64,000 nt of DNA from Lama guanicoe. Taxonomy: Eukaryota. The DNA lies in the NCBI GenBank assembly GCA_013239625.1, contig MU054323.1, positions 18,122,819 through 18,186,818 of the forward strand, given 5' to 3'. The notes under the pieces were generated by a model. The model was not told the DNA's origin and ran no database searches. It saw nothing but the letters and a program-made list of their open reading frames with translations. Of this stretch, positions 36,640-50,639 are shown in pieces. Each line of letters begins with the position of its first letter. Within the stretch, counting starts at the first letter, position 1. The translations under genes were made by a program, and so were the position numbers.

Positions 36640-37030
36640 CCTGCCCTAGCCAAACTCACCGTGAAGATGTCTCTTAAAAAAGAAGGGGTAGGCATCATTC
36701 TCCGCATTTGATGGGTGGGGAAGATCGAGCCTAGAGACGTTAACTGCCCTTCCTATGTAACATGGCACTAGTCGGCCGACTTGCGATTCCAACCTGAGAC
36801 TCTCCGACTCTGAACCTGCACTCCTTGCTCTGTGCTATGCTGTCTGACAAGAAAGGCCATGTAGAGTCGCATGAAGTGACAATAGCTCATCTTTACCTCA
36901 TCTTTTCTTGAGGAGATCTTGGCCATCATCCTGGTAAAAAGAAACTGGCTTAGAGAGGTTCTTGGACTGGTTCATGGCCAGAAGGCTTGTAAGTGGCAGA
37001 AAATCCAGGATCAACCTGGAGCCACGTTCT
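36640..37030 (-). mobile_element. Two MIR-like fragments
   Basis: gaagatcgagcctagagacgttaactg...ccgactctgaacc; aaactggcttagagaggtt...gtaagtggcaga. Confidence 0.5.
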
Positions 37031-39839
37031 GCCTCCAGCCCCACGACACGACATAGGGAAAGCGCCAGGGCTCCTTGGGCGCAGCTGCTAAGAGCTGGGT
37101 GGGGACAGCTCAGTTGCTGGCTTGATAGACGCTAGCTAGGTAAAGGTTATTAGAGGTATCATTAAAAGTTTGCTCCTCGTATTGTCATGTGGTGTTTTTC
37201 CTGCTGGCTTGATGCAATGGACATCAGTTTGGCTGTTCTGTCCTGCCTTTTACACCCACTTGACAGGGTCCGTGTTTGAGCTGTTTTGGTCTTCTCCCCT
37301 CTGACCCTTGTGGTGGCCTGGCTCTCAGAATTCAGTGTGAGGACAGCCACTGGACCCTTGTCCTCTAAGGGCAACGCACAAGCTCATATTTTGGCCTTGA
37401 CATTAGAAGGGGAGGATCCTCCAATGATAAAAATGATGCATTTTTTTTTTCTGGAACACAAATCCATCTAGGTTTATTGGGTGGAATGTGGACACTGTAT
37501 CTTTGACCTTTGGATTTTTGTGTCAAAGAATTTTGGTTTATATTAGCTCAGGTTTTATTGAACTCATGAGGGAATTATTGAGCAATTAGCCTTTCACATC
37601 AGCCACAACTTGTACCTGCCCTACCTCCTTTGCCAAAAATTTCTTGGCCATTTCCTAAATTGTTTAAATGGCTTTGCGGTCAATAGACGATGGGCCTGCT
37701 AAAAATGACCCGACGGTGCTGCGTCCAGTGCAGCTCGGGACTGTGTCTGAGGACGGGCAACGCAAGACTTAAGAAATAAAGGGACAAAGTAAAGAGCAAA
37801 GATGGGACCAGGGGACTCAAGATCTCGTGGATCTAAAGTGCCAAAAGCCTGGTCGACATCATATTTATTAGGAGTATACGGCTCAGGAAAAAATGCAATC
37901 AAAGAGATGGGGCTTTAGATACTCCATGCGATGAGCGCCAAGCTCTGCTTGCTGGTTCACTGGTTAACTTCAGGCCTGTCCCTTCCAGGAGCACTCACCC
38001 TCCTCGGGGTATGCAGAATTTCTAAGTCTGTCCTGTTACTGCCTCCGGGACATCTCGAGATAGCAGCTGTTTCCCCTGGGTTAAACCACATGCTTTCTTG
38101 CCAGAACAAAGTTCTGTTAATGGGTGATCTGGCTTCCCATTGTTTTACCCTAAGGAACTATCTGCCCTCCTTTGTGCCCTTATGGTCAATCTCAGGATTT
38201 CTCCTTACAAACTTTCTTTAGCATAATACGTGTTATAGGTCATCTACTGCGTAAGACAAGGCAAGCATGTGCATTTTAAGCAAGTAAGTGTGAATATAAT
38301 ATTTTAAGCTCCTGGAAATCTAGGTGTGGCTTGTTTTCTAGCTGCTTGTTGTCCAGCAGCTTCTTGTCCAGCACCGCAGAGTCCCAGTTCTCTTTCATGG
38401 GTTTTGAGATTATGAAATTCGTAGATAGTTAATGACTGGGAATTATGGGAAATGTGTTACACTGGTTTTGTTGGAGAAGAGCTAGTTAAAGCTGGAGTGT
38501 ACTTGGCCTTCTTATGATAGTTTTGGTGTTTGCTATTAATAGAAATTTTGACCACATCCATGGTTAGTTTTTCAATACTTGTTGGATTCAGACATTCTAA
38601 TGTCCTGATAAAATGTTCAGTGATAGTTTGGTTATTCTGGCCAAAGTCAGTTTAAGCACGATTGTGAGAGTTGTGCTAAAAAATTATTTAATTTTTTTCA
38701 CCTCACACATTCTGATATTGCAAACTGTTAGCAAAAATGTCATGGAGAACTAATGTTACTGAATTTTCTTTTGTTTTTTTTTCTCAGTATGTGTACTGTT
38801 TATTTCCTTGTCTCTATCTTCACCAATTCAGATTATGAGTTAATATACAATTTTTAGAATCAAGAACTTTGCTGATGAACTACTAACAACTTTCTTGAAG
38901 AGACGTGCCTCTTTCATGAGACAGTAATATTTTAATTAACCTTTGAATGCATGTTAAGTACAGATTGGATCCAGTAGGTCCAGTCTGGACTATTTGCACA
39001 TAGAAGGAGTCCCCCTGGGTTTTACAGCACTAAGCTCAACTCTTACGTGCACTTTGCTCAGTTCCCATGTGAGGTTTGCTTTTGGGACCAGGGCTTCATC
39101 AGATCAGTTTTCAAAAATAAGAAAAACTAATAGAAGGACAAACAAGGACTCAAAGGGGACTGAAAGCAGAGATTCACCCTTGTACGTAGGAGCCCACTTA
39201 GTACAGCAGACCTGAGAGAGGCAAGCTCGGTTATGGTCAAGCAGGACACTCCCTCTGGCTGAGAATGACAGGGAACCCTTGCACGCTGCAGAGGGGCACA
39301 CATGCAGGTGACCTCCTGGAAAACAAATGTCATCAGCCAGCCTCCAGAACTGTGAGAGAAAGAGGAAGCCCAAGCTTGGCACCCAGCACACTCTGTTCTC
39401 CGTAGTTGTATTATTTCTTATTGTGAAGTAATAGGTTGGTGTTCTGACCTAGAAGTGCATGTTTCCTTCCGTGGCTGGGATGAAGCAGGATTTGATGATT
39501 CCCTGAAGAAGATCTTGATTTGTAGCCATGATAGAATACTGCCTGGGGGCTGGCTGGCCACCCTGTCAGCACAGGGCTCTACCTGATATGGCTAAAGCTC
39601 ACTGATGATACATGTAGCCTCAGGTATGAAAATGTCAAGATACTTAGTATTCAAAGGTGGCAAGTTTTCCCTTTTCAATAATGAGACGGAAAGAACACTG
39701 AGAAGATGTTTGTGATGGAAACATTTGAGAGAATTAGGAGAGCTTACATAAAAAGGCAACAGATCAGTAATCTTGATCATGTCAACCTTGAAATTTTGTT
39801 CATGTTGCATTTTTGGAGTCTCAGTCATCTTCACCATCG

Positions 39840-39965
39840 TCAGATTCATCAAGGAATACTCATGGTGAACTTGCTTTGTGCAGTGTGCATGCTCAACACT
39901 GGAATACAGAGAAGTAGAAACATACCCCTGCCTTCATGGGGCTTACACTTCAGGTGGACAGTGAC
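39840..39965 (-). mobile_element. L2 3' fragment
   Basis: acactggaatacagag...cccctgccttcatggggcttacac. Confidence 0.55.
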
Positions 39966-40001
39966 CTATGAACTGGGTCTGCTTTACTGGGACTGTTTTT
40001 T

Positions 40002-40179
40002 CAAATTGAGTTACAGTCAGTTTACAATGTTGTGTAATTTCTGGTGTACAGCACAATTTTTCAGTCATATATGAATATACATATATTCATTTTCATATTC
40101 TTTTTCACCATGAACTACTATAAGATCTTAAATATATTTCCCTGTGCTATACAGTATAAACTTGTTTATGTATTCTGTA
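40002..40179 (-). mobile_element. Short L1 3' tail with TSD
   Basis: TSD tgggactg(t/c)ttttt at 39988-40001 and 40180-40193. Confidence 0.88.
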
Positions 40180-42184
40180 TGGGACTGCTTTTTGAATGTC
40201 ATGGGGGACTCAGTCTCTTCTATACCCATTCTGTTGTAACTCTTCAGAGATGACCCCCATCTTCCTAGGATCAAGCACAATGAATCCATGTTATCCACTT
40301 GCTTCCTCCCAGGAGGCATTTTGGTGTTGACGTATTTCTTTAAAGGGGTGGTGGCATTAGAAAGAGGAGAGAGATGTGGGATGATGGGGTAGTATTTATG
40401 AAAGGAGAAAAGATGAACAAATACATATAAAGAAAGAGAAATAATCTATTTTTCCAACTGTTCAAAGAATGCTGATACTAGCTCATTATAGGTGGACCCA
40501 GTAGCAACCTTGGTGCAGTCTTGGAGCAATTTACAGCCATCCCTTGGTATCTGAGGGGCAATGGTTCTTATGGGAAAATACCAAACGTAGCTTGTGTGAC
40601 TCTGATTGCTCTCAGCCCTGTAGAGCCTGGTCTGTTAGCTTCCTGTCGACCTCAGACCGAGGATGACTGGTCAGGCAAATAGTACTTCCAAACATCTCCT
40701 GGACAGCATCCCCCGGGTACATGTTGACTGCTCTCTGCAGGATTGATTTTGCACCTGCCCTCCCAGGGGGATTTACTTTGTTTGGCTGGGAAACTGCAGT
40801 GGGGCTCAAAAGCATTTTTCACCAATAGAACTAGGAGCTGCTAAACCCACCCCTGGGCTCAGTGATTCTTTCCTTTGACAGTGGACCGTACGTGAGAGGG
40901 CCCTGAGCTGGTGCTCTGTAAATTGAAGAGCACAGCTGACATCTTTTCAATGGAGCCTTTTCACTTTGAGCAGTTTCTGAGTCTTACCACTCGTGAGTAT
41001 GAGGCTGACCAAGGTGTTTAGAACTGATGGCTTTGACTCTTTCCCTCTTTGGCCTAAAGCACAAGTAAAGTCTTTCCCATTGTCTCTAGGCTTTGGCTAG
41101 TTATGAGAAGCAGATACCATCTTGAGATACAAGTAAAATCTTGAAGAAAGTGTTTCTACATTTCAATAAATAATTACTAAGTGGATAAATTGGTATGTAC
41201 GAGGGGAAAACCCTAAAGAAATGAGCTAAGAAAGCAAAGGAGTGATGAAGCAAACTTCATAGGTCGTCACACGTCATGTGGTGTGCAGGTGAACTGACTC
41301 CATCAGAATTTTCTTTCATAAAAATTTTAACCCCCCAACAAGTAAGTTTTCGTATTAACTGAAAAAAGTTTAGTTTCCTTGTCACACAACATACATATAT
41401 ATGGATATTTGTACATGTGTATGTGTGGATGTAGCTGTTATTTAAAGATCTAAAGCAGCTTGTTTTACCTGCTCTGAAGATGGGAAAAAGAAGTGCCCCT
41501 CTGTCGACAGCTTCTGCCACCACTACAGTGGAAGGGCTGTCCCTTCTCCAGTTTCCATAGACAGGAGGTAACTAGGACCTTACTGCCCCAACACGGAAAA
41601 GAATGGGATGAATACACACGGCTTCTCTTAGGCCCTCATTGTGCTTCTCGGGGGAAATGGGGGGCATGGGACTGGGAAGCATGCAGAATGAAGGGACTGA
41701 GCATGGAAGGCTCAGCGTGGCCCAGGTGTCTCTTGGAATGAGCTGTTCTCAGCAGCGCTTCCTTGCTCATAACTGTAATGAGCGTTCTCGGTAGGTCCTG
41801 TGTTTATAAAGGGATGGTTGGCAGGGGGAAGGGGGAACTTCAATTGTGGGACAACACAGAGCTTAGGTTAGGAAGCTCAACTGGCCATAAGTCATGCCCA
41901 ACTCTTTAGTTGGCCTTATCAGGAATAATGCTGTCATTTTTTATTGTGATTTGTCCAATTCCTGTGTCTTTATCAAATAAGGCCAAACTCACAATGAGGA
42001 GAAGGATGTGGTAAGTGATTGTCTCCCAACCCCAGTGACTTCCATGTGGTTCCTGCATGTGTGGATATGTGTAGAGTGAGGCTGGCAAGGGACGTGGCAA
42101 TATCCTTAGGTCTCTTCCTGGGCCAAAGATTGGAAAATAGTCTGTATTCTCTGTATCTAAAAATCTTCTCTCTGTATTTGTGTT

Positions 42185-42388
42185 TAGCACTATTGACATT
42201 TTGAACCCTGTAATTCTTTGTTAGGAGCACTATTCTGTGCCATCTAGGAAAACAGCAACGTCTCTGGTCTCTGTCTACTGCAGGCCAGTAGCACCTACCC
42301 AGTTATGATGACCAAAATGTCCCCAGGCATTGACGAGTGTCCCCTGGGTGGGGAGGGAAGCACACTCACTTTCTGTTGGGAACCATAC
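42185..42388. mobile_element. MER20 hAT-Charlie MITE
   Basis: gcactattgacattttg...taattctttgt...gccagtagcacc...ccaaaatgtccccaggcattg...tgtcccctggg...gttgggaacca. Confidence 0.85.
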
Positions 42389-42519
42389 TTCCCTATAACA
42401 CTCAATGCCTGTTTCTTATTTTTGTAAGACAGTCAAATGGAGAATAGTTTTCCTTAATACCTAAGAAACTTGTAGCAGTATAAATTGGCTTCCCACCCAC
42501 TTCTCCATATGTAATATAC

Positions 42520-42650
42520 CAGAATAGAATTTACGAGACCTGGGTTCTAATCTTAGCTTTGCCACAAAAAAGCTGTGTCACCTTAGATAATTCACCCTCA
42601 AACCCCCTAGGTGTAATTCTTCTCATACATAAATTAGCATAAGTGTTATG
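42520..42650 (+). mobile_element. MIR fragment
   Basis: gagacctgggttctaatcttagctttgccac...agctgtgtcaccttagataa. Confidence 0.6.
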
Positions 42651-42719
42651 CAGTAGAATCCTTCTGTTTCTTATATTCTGTTATCCCACATTTGGAGGCA
42701 CACTTAGACTTTCAAAAAT

Positions 42720-42870
42720 GTTTGGTTTTATAATCCTTGATTCATTGCTTCCACATCAAGTAATTTGTTCTAAAGAAATACATGTATTTGCAAAGATTTA
42801 TGTACGAGTATGCTCACTGCATTGTTGTTTGTGATGGCAAATAATTGGAAGTAACTCCAATCTTCATCTT
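42720..42870 (+). mobile_element. Old L1 ORF2 C-terminal fragment
   Basis: aatttgttctaaagaaata...caaagatttatgtac...cactgcattgttgtttgtgatggcaaataattggaag. Confidence 0.55.
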
Positions 42871-43229
42871 TAGGGTCAAGGTTGAGAAACCTTGATCTTG
42901 GCCTTTAGATCAAGAACAGCTGGTGGAAGTGTCCTGATTGTGATGAAGTGCTTGTCTGAAGAAATTCCTTTAGACAAGGAAGTATTAGAGTTGAGACTAG
43001 TCCTCATCCTATTCCCTTTTTTTAAGAATGTTAAAGGACATTAGAAAAAACATTCCATCCAGTTTACCAAAAAGTGTTTTTTTCTATCATTTTTTAAAAC
43101 TCTTTTATTCTTTACATTCTCTCCTTACTGAAATCATGGCTACACTACAATGAATTACTTATACTTTCAGCCCCACTGGTCTAATGATGCTCTCAAAGCG
43201 CCATGTTGTTTTCATCTCTAGAGTCGGCC

Positions 43230-43590
43230 GCTCTCCTTGTTGGTTTCATCCTCGGCCTTGTTGCAAGGTGGCTGCCGCAGTTCTGGGTACCATTACTGAA
43301 CACAGGAACACCCGGGGGAGGAAGGGAACGTGCCTCTTTTCCGGGCTTTGTCTCAGGGGCTGCTTAGACTTGCTCTCACATCTCAATGACAGGAACTAAG
43401 TCTTATGCCTACCACGGCCCTCATTACTAGGAAGAGGATTAATTTAGCTCAGTCACACCCACCCCTGGAGCTATAGGGGAGGGGAGGTCTGCTTCCCCTT
43501 TCCTGACTATGGGTGGGGAGGATAAACATAAGAACAAAACTGGGGTTCTGTTAAGGAAAGAAGAGCACTGGTTGTGGGGCAAGGAGCTCG
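43230..43590 (-). mobile_element. Old MLT1-type LTR fragment
   Basis: caaggtggctgccgcagttc...agacttgctctcacatctcaatg...aaaactggggttctgttaaggaaagaag. Confidence 0.55.
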
Positions 43591-44489
43591 GAGTGTCCAC
43601 GTCACGAGAGCATCCTTCTGTGCTCTGAAGGTGCTCAGTGACCTTCCATGCAAGGGCAACCCCATCCTAATCAACTCCACGGTGAGCTGAGCTAGTTCTG
43701 GATCATAAAATCCTTGAGAACAGGGATAGAGATTTGTTCATAGATTTATTAATTACTTATGCCTTGACTACTTTCAGAAAGGACCTGAAGTGACTTACAA
43801 TAAAGATGTGTACAATGAAAACTCTTAGAACCGCATTTACATAACTAGGGCTGTGTTTTGAAAGGATGGGATTAAGACTCATCTTTTTTTTTTTTAAACC
43901 TTTCACATCACCTACTTTAGTGCTTTGCATGTACAAAAATGCTTAAGAATAAATAAATAAACGGTCACCCCCACCATTAGCTGGGAGCATAAACTTTATG
44001 AAATACCATAATTAGCAGCCTGTGCTTCCCCGAGGAAAGGCATCAGAGTTGCTCGTCAGGCTGAGGTTGAGCAGATTTTTTGTGCTAAGAGCAAACAGTA
44101 CAGCTGATGATTGACCTTGCCCCTGGCAGCCACAGATGGAAGGATTGCTGTCCTTACGCTGATCTTTTCAGGGATCCTGGGTGGCAAAGAACCATCTAAA
44201 CAGCATCTTTAGAACTCCAGGATGAAAAAATGTGTGCGTAGATTAACGTGTATATTAGTTTATCCCTATCTGTATATCCAAGACTCTCTGAAATTCCCTC
44301 CCACCAGCTAAACTATGACTTAAGGCACCCAACATTTCCTTCTGTGCCTTGACTCACCAACCCTAGGAAATAATAAACCTATTTATTTCCTTGAAAATGT
44401 AAATGAGTGAAGAGACTTGATATTCTCTTCTTTGGTGTTTAGATCTTAAGTAGAAGCTAACCCTTCAGCTGAAGACATCTCTGCATTGG

Positions 44490-45615
44490 TTAGTTCTAGG
44501 CCCTGGGAGTTCCACTTCTGGTCATGGAGACCTAGATCATTTAGGCCAATCTCCCCCCCTACCACCAGAATGATGGAAAAGCTGGATCAAATATGAAAAA
44601 CATCTATTCTAAGGCTTGAGAAAGTAGCAAGACAGTGATGAGTCATGGATCAAAGACCTGGGAGAAGAAACCCAGAGAGGAGGCTGGCCTCTGGGGCGGC
44701 TCTCCCGTAGAGGCTTCTGCCATTTCTACAAGAGGAGAGCCAAAGGCTGAGAGATTAAGCTGAGCTGTGACAGGCTTACAGGGCTGGGGAGACAAATACC
44801 AGAATTAAGGGTTCATCCAGGAGGAAGCTCTGCCAAACCCCTCAGGTTTGGGATCCCAAAGACACTTCCTAGGAGTAAAGGTAAATTAGAAATAGGTTTG
44901 GAATCATGTCAAACCCTGACTGCATTGTGGTGACCTGGAATGGTGAGTGCCCCTAGTCTAGACCTAAAAGCCAATTTAAAACTCCTTAGAAGGAAGGTAC
45001 CATACTACAGAACCTCAGATTTTTTGTCTATTTTTCATATAATATGAAACAGAAATTTGTGACCAAAAACCACCAGAAACAATAGACAAAGGAACCAGAC
45101 CTGTAAAGGATCCAGATGGTAGAGTTATTTGTCCTAAACTTGAAAATAACTGTGCTTAATATTTTCAAGAATATAAAAAGTGGGACTGAGAGAGAATATA
45201 ACAAACAATGTCTAAAGAGATAACAGCACAGAATTTTCCAGAGGTGACATAAAAACCTTCCAGCCAGAGGTACATGCCCTAAGCAGGACTAGTACCAAGA
45301 AGACAAGATCATCAAGAGGAAAACAGATTTAAAATAATAAATCTGAATAAAATCTGAGTCTGAATAAAGCCAAGATAGAGCTTAATAAATTAATCTGACT
45401 AAAGTCAGGGTAGAGGGAGAAAAGAAAGAGAACAGATGGGACCAAGAGAAAGTAAATGGTAATATGGTCGTTTCAACTCAAATACATGAGTCATGACATT
45501 TGAAATAAGCATGCTAAAATATTCCAATGTAAAGATAAAGATTGTCAAACTTTAAAATGGTGGATTAAAAAAATAACCACCAAAGCTGAACTCTAGGCTG
45601 CTTATGAGAGAGACA
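44490..45615 (+). mobile_element. Ancient L1 (L1ME-like) 5' region: 5'UTR, ORF1 pieces and ORF2 start, heavily deleted
   Basis: gagataacagcacagaattttccagag resembles the ORF1 EI..ENFP motif; tggattaaaaaa...tgcttatgagagagaca resembles the ORF2 WIKK..CLQET start. Confidence 0.6.
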
Positions 45616-45744
45616 GCTTCACTCTAATGGTGCAGAATTTCAGTCACTAGAGAGCTGGGCGTGGAGTGGGACAGGATGTGGGGTGGGACGCATCCTTCCT
45701 GGTGCCTGAAGTAACTGCAATGCAAACTGCCTCTTATACCTGTT

Positions 45745-47150
45745 TTTTTTTTAACATTTTTTATTGATTTATGATCATTTTACAATGTTGTGTCAAATTG
45801 CAGTGTAGAGCACAATTTTTCAGTTATACATAAACATATATACATTGTCACATTTTTTTCTCCATGAGCTACCATAAGATCTTGTATATATTTCCCTGTG
45901 CTATACGGTATAATCTTGTTTATCTATTCTACATTTTGAAATCCCAGTCTATCCCTTCCCCCCCCCCAGCCCCCTTGGCAAACACAAGTTTGTATTCTAT
46001 GTCTATGAGTCTGTTTCTGTTTTGTATTTATGTTTTGTTTGTTTTTTTTGTTTTTTAGATTCCACATATGAGTGATCTCATATGGTATTTTTCTTTCTCT
46101 TTATGACTGACTTAGAATGACATTCTCCAGGAACATCCACGTTGATGCAAATGGCATTATGTTGTCGGTTTTTATGGCTGAGTAGTATTCCATTGTATAA
46201 ATATACCACATCTTCTTTATCCAATCATCTGTTGATGGACATTTAGGCTGTTTCCGTGTCTTGCCTATTGTAAATAGTGCTGTTATGAACATTGGGGTGC
46301 AGGTGTCATGTTGAAGTAGGGTTCCTTCTGGATATATGCCCAGGAGTGGGATTCCTGGGTCATATGGTAAGTCTATTCCTAGTCTTTTGAGGAATCTCCA
46401 TACTGTTTTTCCACAGTGGCTGTACCAAACTACATTCCCACCAGCAGTGTAGGAGGGTTTCCTTTTCTCCACAGCCTCTCCGGCATTTGTCATTTGTGGA
46501 TTTTTGAATGATGGCCATTCTGGGTGATGTGAGGCGATACCTCATTGTAGTTTTGATTTGCATTTCTCTGATTATTAGTGATATTGAGCATTTTTTCATG
46601 TGCCTATTGATCATTTGTATGTCTTCCTTGGAGAATTGCTTGTTTAGGTCTTTTGCCCATTTTTGGATTGGGTTGTTTGTTTTTTCTTATTAAGTTGTAT
46701 GAGCTGCTTATATATCCTGGAGATCAAGCCTTTGTCAGTTTCATTTGCAAAAATTCTCTCCCATTTCTTAGGTTGTCTTTTTGTTTTACTTATGGTTTCC
46801 TTTGCTGTGCAGAAGCTTGTAAGTTTCATTAGGTCCCATTTATTTATTCTTGCTTTTATTTCTATTGCTTGGGTAGACTGTTCTAGAACATTTTTGAGGT
46901 GTATGTCAGATAATGGTTTGCCTATATTTTCTTCAAGGAGGTTTATTGTGTCTTGTCTTGTGTTTAAGTCTTTGATCCACTTTGAGTTTATTTTTGTGTA
47001 TGGTGTAAGGGAGTGTTCTAGCTTCATTGCTTTACATGCTGCTGTCCAGTTTTCCCAACACCATTTGCTGAAGACACTGTCTTTATTCCATTGTATATTC
47101 TTGCCTCCTTTGTTGAAGATTAGTTGACCAAAAGTTTGTAGGTTCATTTC
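45745..47150 (-). mobile_element. Relatively young L1, 1.4 kb, 5'-truncated, frameshifted ORF2 C-terminus
   Basis: ORFs 46644-47147 (FNKGGKNIQWNKDSVFSKWCWENW), 46360-46614 ([19 protein letters not shown]...LLHCWWEC) and 46101-46493. Confidence 0.95.
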
Positions 47151-49180
47151 TACCTCTTGGGCTGAGTCTGCAACTAGAAGGTAATTTATTAGGACACTGA
47201 GTAACCGCTGACTGACTTATCAGGCATCTTTGTCCAAGATTGTATTATGGGGTTTAGCAGAGTCTAGATTAAGGATTCCTGATCTTTTCACGATGAGATC
47301 CAATTTTTGGATATCTCTGAAGTTTTCTGTCATTGGATGATGGGCAAGAATGGAGGTAGTGGAGGGAAGGTGGCAGCCTGGATTTTTCTCTTCCCTTCTG
47401 GAAATCTCTTAAAGCAGTGAGGGGAGCCTTGAGCAGTTAGACTTGGAATTAGCCAGGGGACTTGGCTGTGTTTTTTCAGGTTGCAAGAAACAGTGATATG
47501 CTTGGGCACCTTCTGGTGATGAGTATTGGAAGGGTAGATGAGGAAGGGAGAAAACACAGGAAGTTACCTCAGTAGCCAGGTATCAGGGAGAAAGTAGGTC
47601 CATATTCCTTGCCACTTGGGATACAAAAGGGGTTACCTTATCTTCTACTCAGAAGCCTTTTTTCCAGACTTCTAAATATGTGTCTTCCTAATCCCTGCCA
47701 TTGAGAAATTGGCTAGTTACTGGAGGATAGAGGAAGCAATTTCAGTTGTATTACGATCACTATTCATAATTAAAACTAGTCTGTAAGATTGACTTCAGTA
47801 GTCATTACTATGATAATCATTAGCAATACAGTTCGACATAATGAATGCTTTATAATCATTATAATAATTGTTCAGGGTATGGGCATTAGTGAGATTATTT
47901 TTATCCGAATAGGGCACTGACATCCCCCCCCTGCACTCTACTGCTTGTTCTGTGTGCTTGAGGGCAGAGGGCACAAGAGGAAAGACAACTTTGGTTTTAA
48001 TAGCACTTCCCCTGTCTTCAGTTCCAGCTCATCTCCACTTCAGTTTTAATTAAGTTCTGCATTCATGTCAGTGAATGCTCCATCTAGTTTATTTTTTAAA
48101 AAAAGTTAATTCACTGGGGGATTCTTATAAATTGCTGTTGGCTGGCTTTGGGATCCAAGACCATTTGGAACAGAAGGAAATCATGTATTTCTGCATCCCT
48201 GGGAGGTGAGGTGACTCACTGGTTTTGCACCATCTTCCCACACCTCCATTATTTACCAGAGCCAAGCCCTCCTTTCAGACTTGTTGAGTTGAATCCAAAG
48301 GTTGAGTATCTGAAAGAAGCAGCCTTGGGACACTATATTAATTTCATTGGTACCATTAAATTCTATCCCATATTTTTAATGCACTACTGCACCATTTAAA
48401 GCCTTCAGAGAATCTTGTGAAATAGAACAGGTTATCTCAATAATTTAAATAAATCCTCCACTCCTTCCTCCACTCCATAATTTATATACAGATTTTGGGT
48501 TGAAATCTTAGACATTCATAAATTGGATTTCCCTAAAGTCAGAAACACTTTTAACTTGAAATGTTGCCCGAGAGATGATTCTCTCCTTCAGATCTTATGA
48601 CATTTATCAATATTTTGGCAAAGGATCAAACATTTTGAAGTTGGGCAGAAAATGGAAGGTGTGTAGCTGGGTTTTTGTTTTGCTTTGTTTTGTTTTGTTT
48701 TTTTAACGTTCCAGATACTGTGATCCAATAAAGAGAAGAGAAAATTATTTTTGACCGTCAGTAAGGGTAAATTAGTCGACGTATGCTATTTGCATTGAAC
48801 CCAGCATGATTTCCCAATTTTTCTATCCTAGCCACCTTTAGGGGACCTGAAGTTTCCAGAATATGTGGTCATTAAGAAACAACATCTATTTTCCCAAAGC
48901 CAGGTGTAAGGGAAGGGAAAAAAAACCACACTGAATTTAACTCTGGTCTCTCCAAGCCTGCTGTGATGGTCTTTCAGGCCTTGGCATTGTAGGTCAGTGC
49001 CCACTAAGGTTGCCATGGCATGGACTTAGGAGAGCCATGCACTTTTGTATAATTCCACTCATTTCCTCTAGTTACTTGCCATCAAACCTGATTATGTCTG
49101 TTCCTTAAGTCTTCATTGTCATCATCAAACTGGATCTTCTTTCTCCCTGGGGTATATGATCAATTAAAAGAACAGTTAGA

Positions 49181-49802
49181 CAGTATGACCATTTAACAAT
49201 ATTGATTCTTCCAATCCAAGAGCATGGGATATCTTTCCACTCCTTTAAGTCATCTTTAATTTCCTTAATCAGTGTTTTGTAGTTCTCCATGTATAAATCT
49301 TTCATCTCCTTGGTCAGATTTATTCCTGAGTATTTTATTGTTTTGGATGTGATTTTAAAAGGGATTGTTTCTTTACTTTCTTTTCATGCTATTTCATTGT
49401 TAGTATAAAGAAATGCAACTGATATCTGTATGTTAATGTTGTATCCTGCTACCTTGCCAAATTCTTTTATCAGCTCTAGTAGTTTTTGTGTGGAGCTTTT
49501 AGGGTTTTCTATATATAGTATCATGTCACCCACATATAGTGGCAATTTTACCTCTTCTCCTCCAATTTGGATTCCTTTTATCTCTTTTTCTTGCCTGATT
49601 GCTGTGGCTAGGATTTCCAAGACTATGTTGAATAGAAATGGTGAGAGTGGGCATCCTTGTCTTATTCCAGATTTTAGTAGCCTTTAATGAAAAAGAATAT
49701 GAAAATGAATATATGTATGTATATGCATGACTGGGACATTGTGCTATATACATCAGAAATTGACACATTGTAGCCTACTATGCCTCAACTAAAAATAAAA
49801 AA
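49181..49802 (+). mobile_element. 5'-inverted L1: RT segment on minus (49181-49678) plus about 120-bp 3' tail on plus
   Basis: ORF 49384-49620 reads [36 protein letters not shown] aaaa(g/a)aacagttaga at 49166-49180 and 49798-49812. Confidence 0.9.
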
Positions 49803-50359
49803 AACAGTTAGATGCACTAAACATTTACAAGGTTTCCATTGTGCAAACAGTTGTGCTTGGAGATGGAAAGTACAAGGTAAATATGATTAACCCTTGGCGC
49901 TTTTCTTTGGTAAACCAATAAACTTCCCATACATGAAAACAAGAAAGAAAAATGGAATTATGCTTTTTAAAAGGATATTTGAAAAAAAAGGATCCCTTCT
50001 TTCACACTCTATGGCTCTCCAGTGATAAAAGAGTGATATTCTCAAACTGGTTCCATCCTGCAAGTCAAAAAAGGGTTGATTTCAGTGCTCTGTCACAGGG
50101 TGTTCTTCCCAGGGCTGGCTGTCACATTAACTCTCTGGCTAGAGTGGCCAGAATTGTCAGAACAGGACTTCTTAAGAATCTGATATATCACAGAAAGAAA
50201 CACTGTCTTTGAAAAAACAGACTGAATTTAATGGCCACCAGTAAGGTGAAACCAAGTCAGATGGAGAGGCAAGACTGTGTGCTGAGAAATCTAAGATGAT
50301 GAATTTTGCAGAAGATACCCACTGAGGGGAGTGGACTTTGCAATTCCTGAGCCAGTCTT

Positions 50360-50530
50360 AGGGGAGGAAGTGCAGTGCACTTGGAGCAGGGTTGAGTTCG
50401 ACTTCTGGCTCTACAGCTGTAGAACTCTGGGAGCCTTAAGCTCTTCACCTGTAAAATGGGGATAATTACGCCTAAGTGGGTTATTGGTGATTGGGAATAA
50501 TATATGGAAAGTGCCCTGCTGCAAATAGTA
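50360..50530 (+). mobile_element. MIR SINE
   Basis: cagggttgagttcgacttctggctct...cttcacctgtaaaatggggataat. Confidence 0.65.
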
Positions 50531-50639
50531 ATATGATGGTGATAACAAAGACTATTGATGGTTGCAGCCTGAAAACTGCTGGAGAAGCTGACAGTTGCAC
50601 ATCTGATTCCTATGGATTCATACCTGCCCTTTACTGGAA

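Noticed and set aside
39335..39362. MLT1-like motif cagcctccagaactgtgagagaa
   Set aside because: Too short to define an element
46101..47147. L1 ORF2 ORFs as functional CDS
   Set aside because: 5'-truncated and frameshifted; no endonuclease or RT domain
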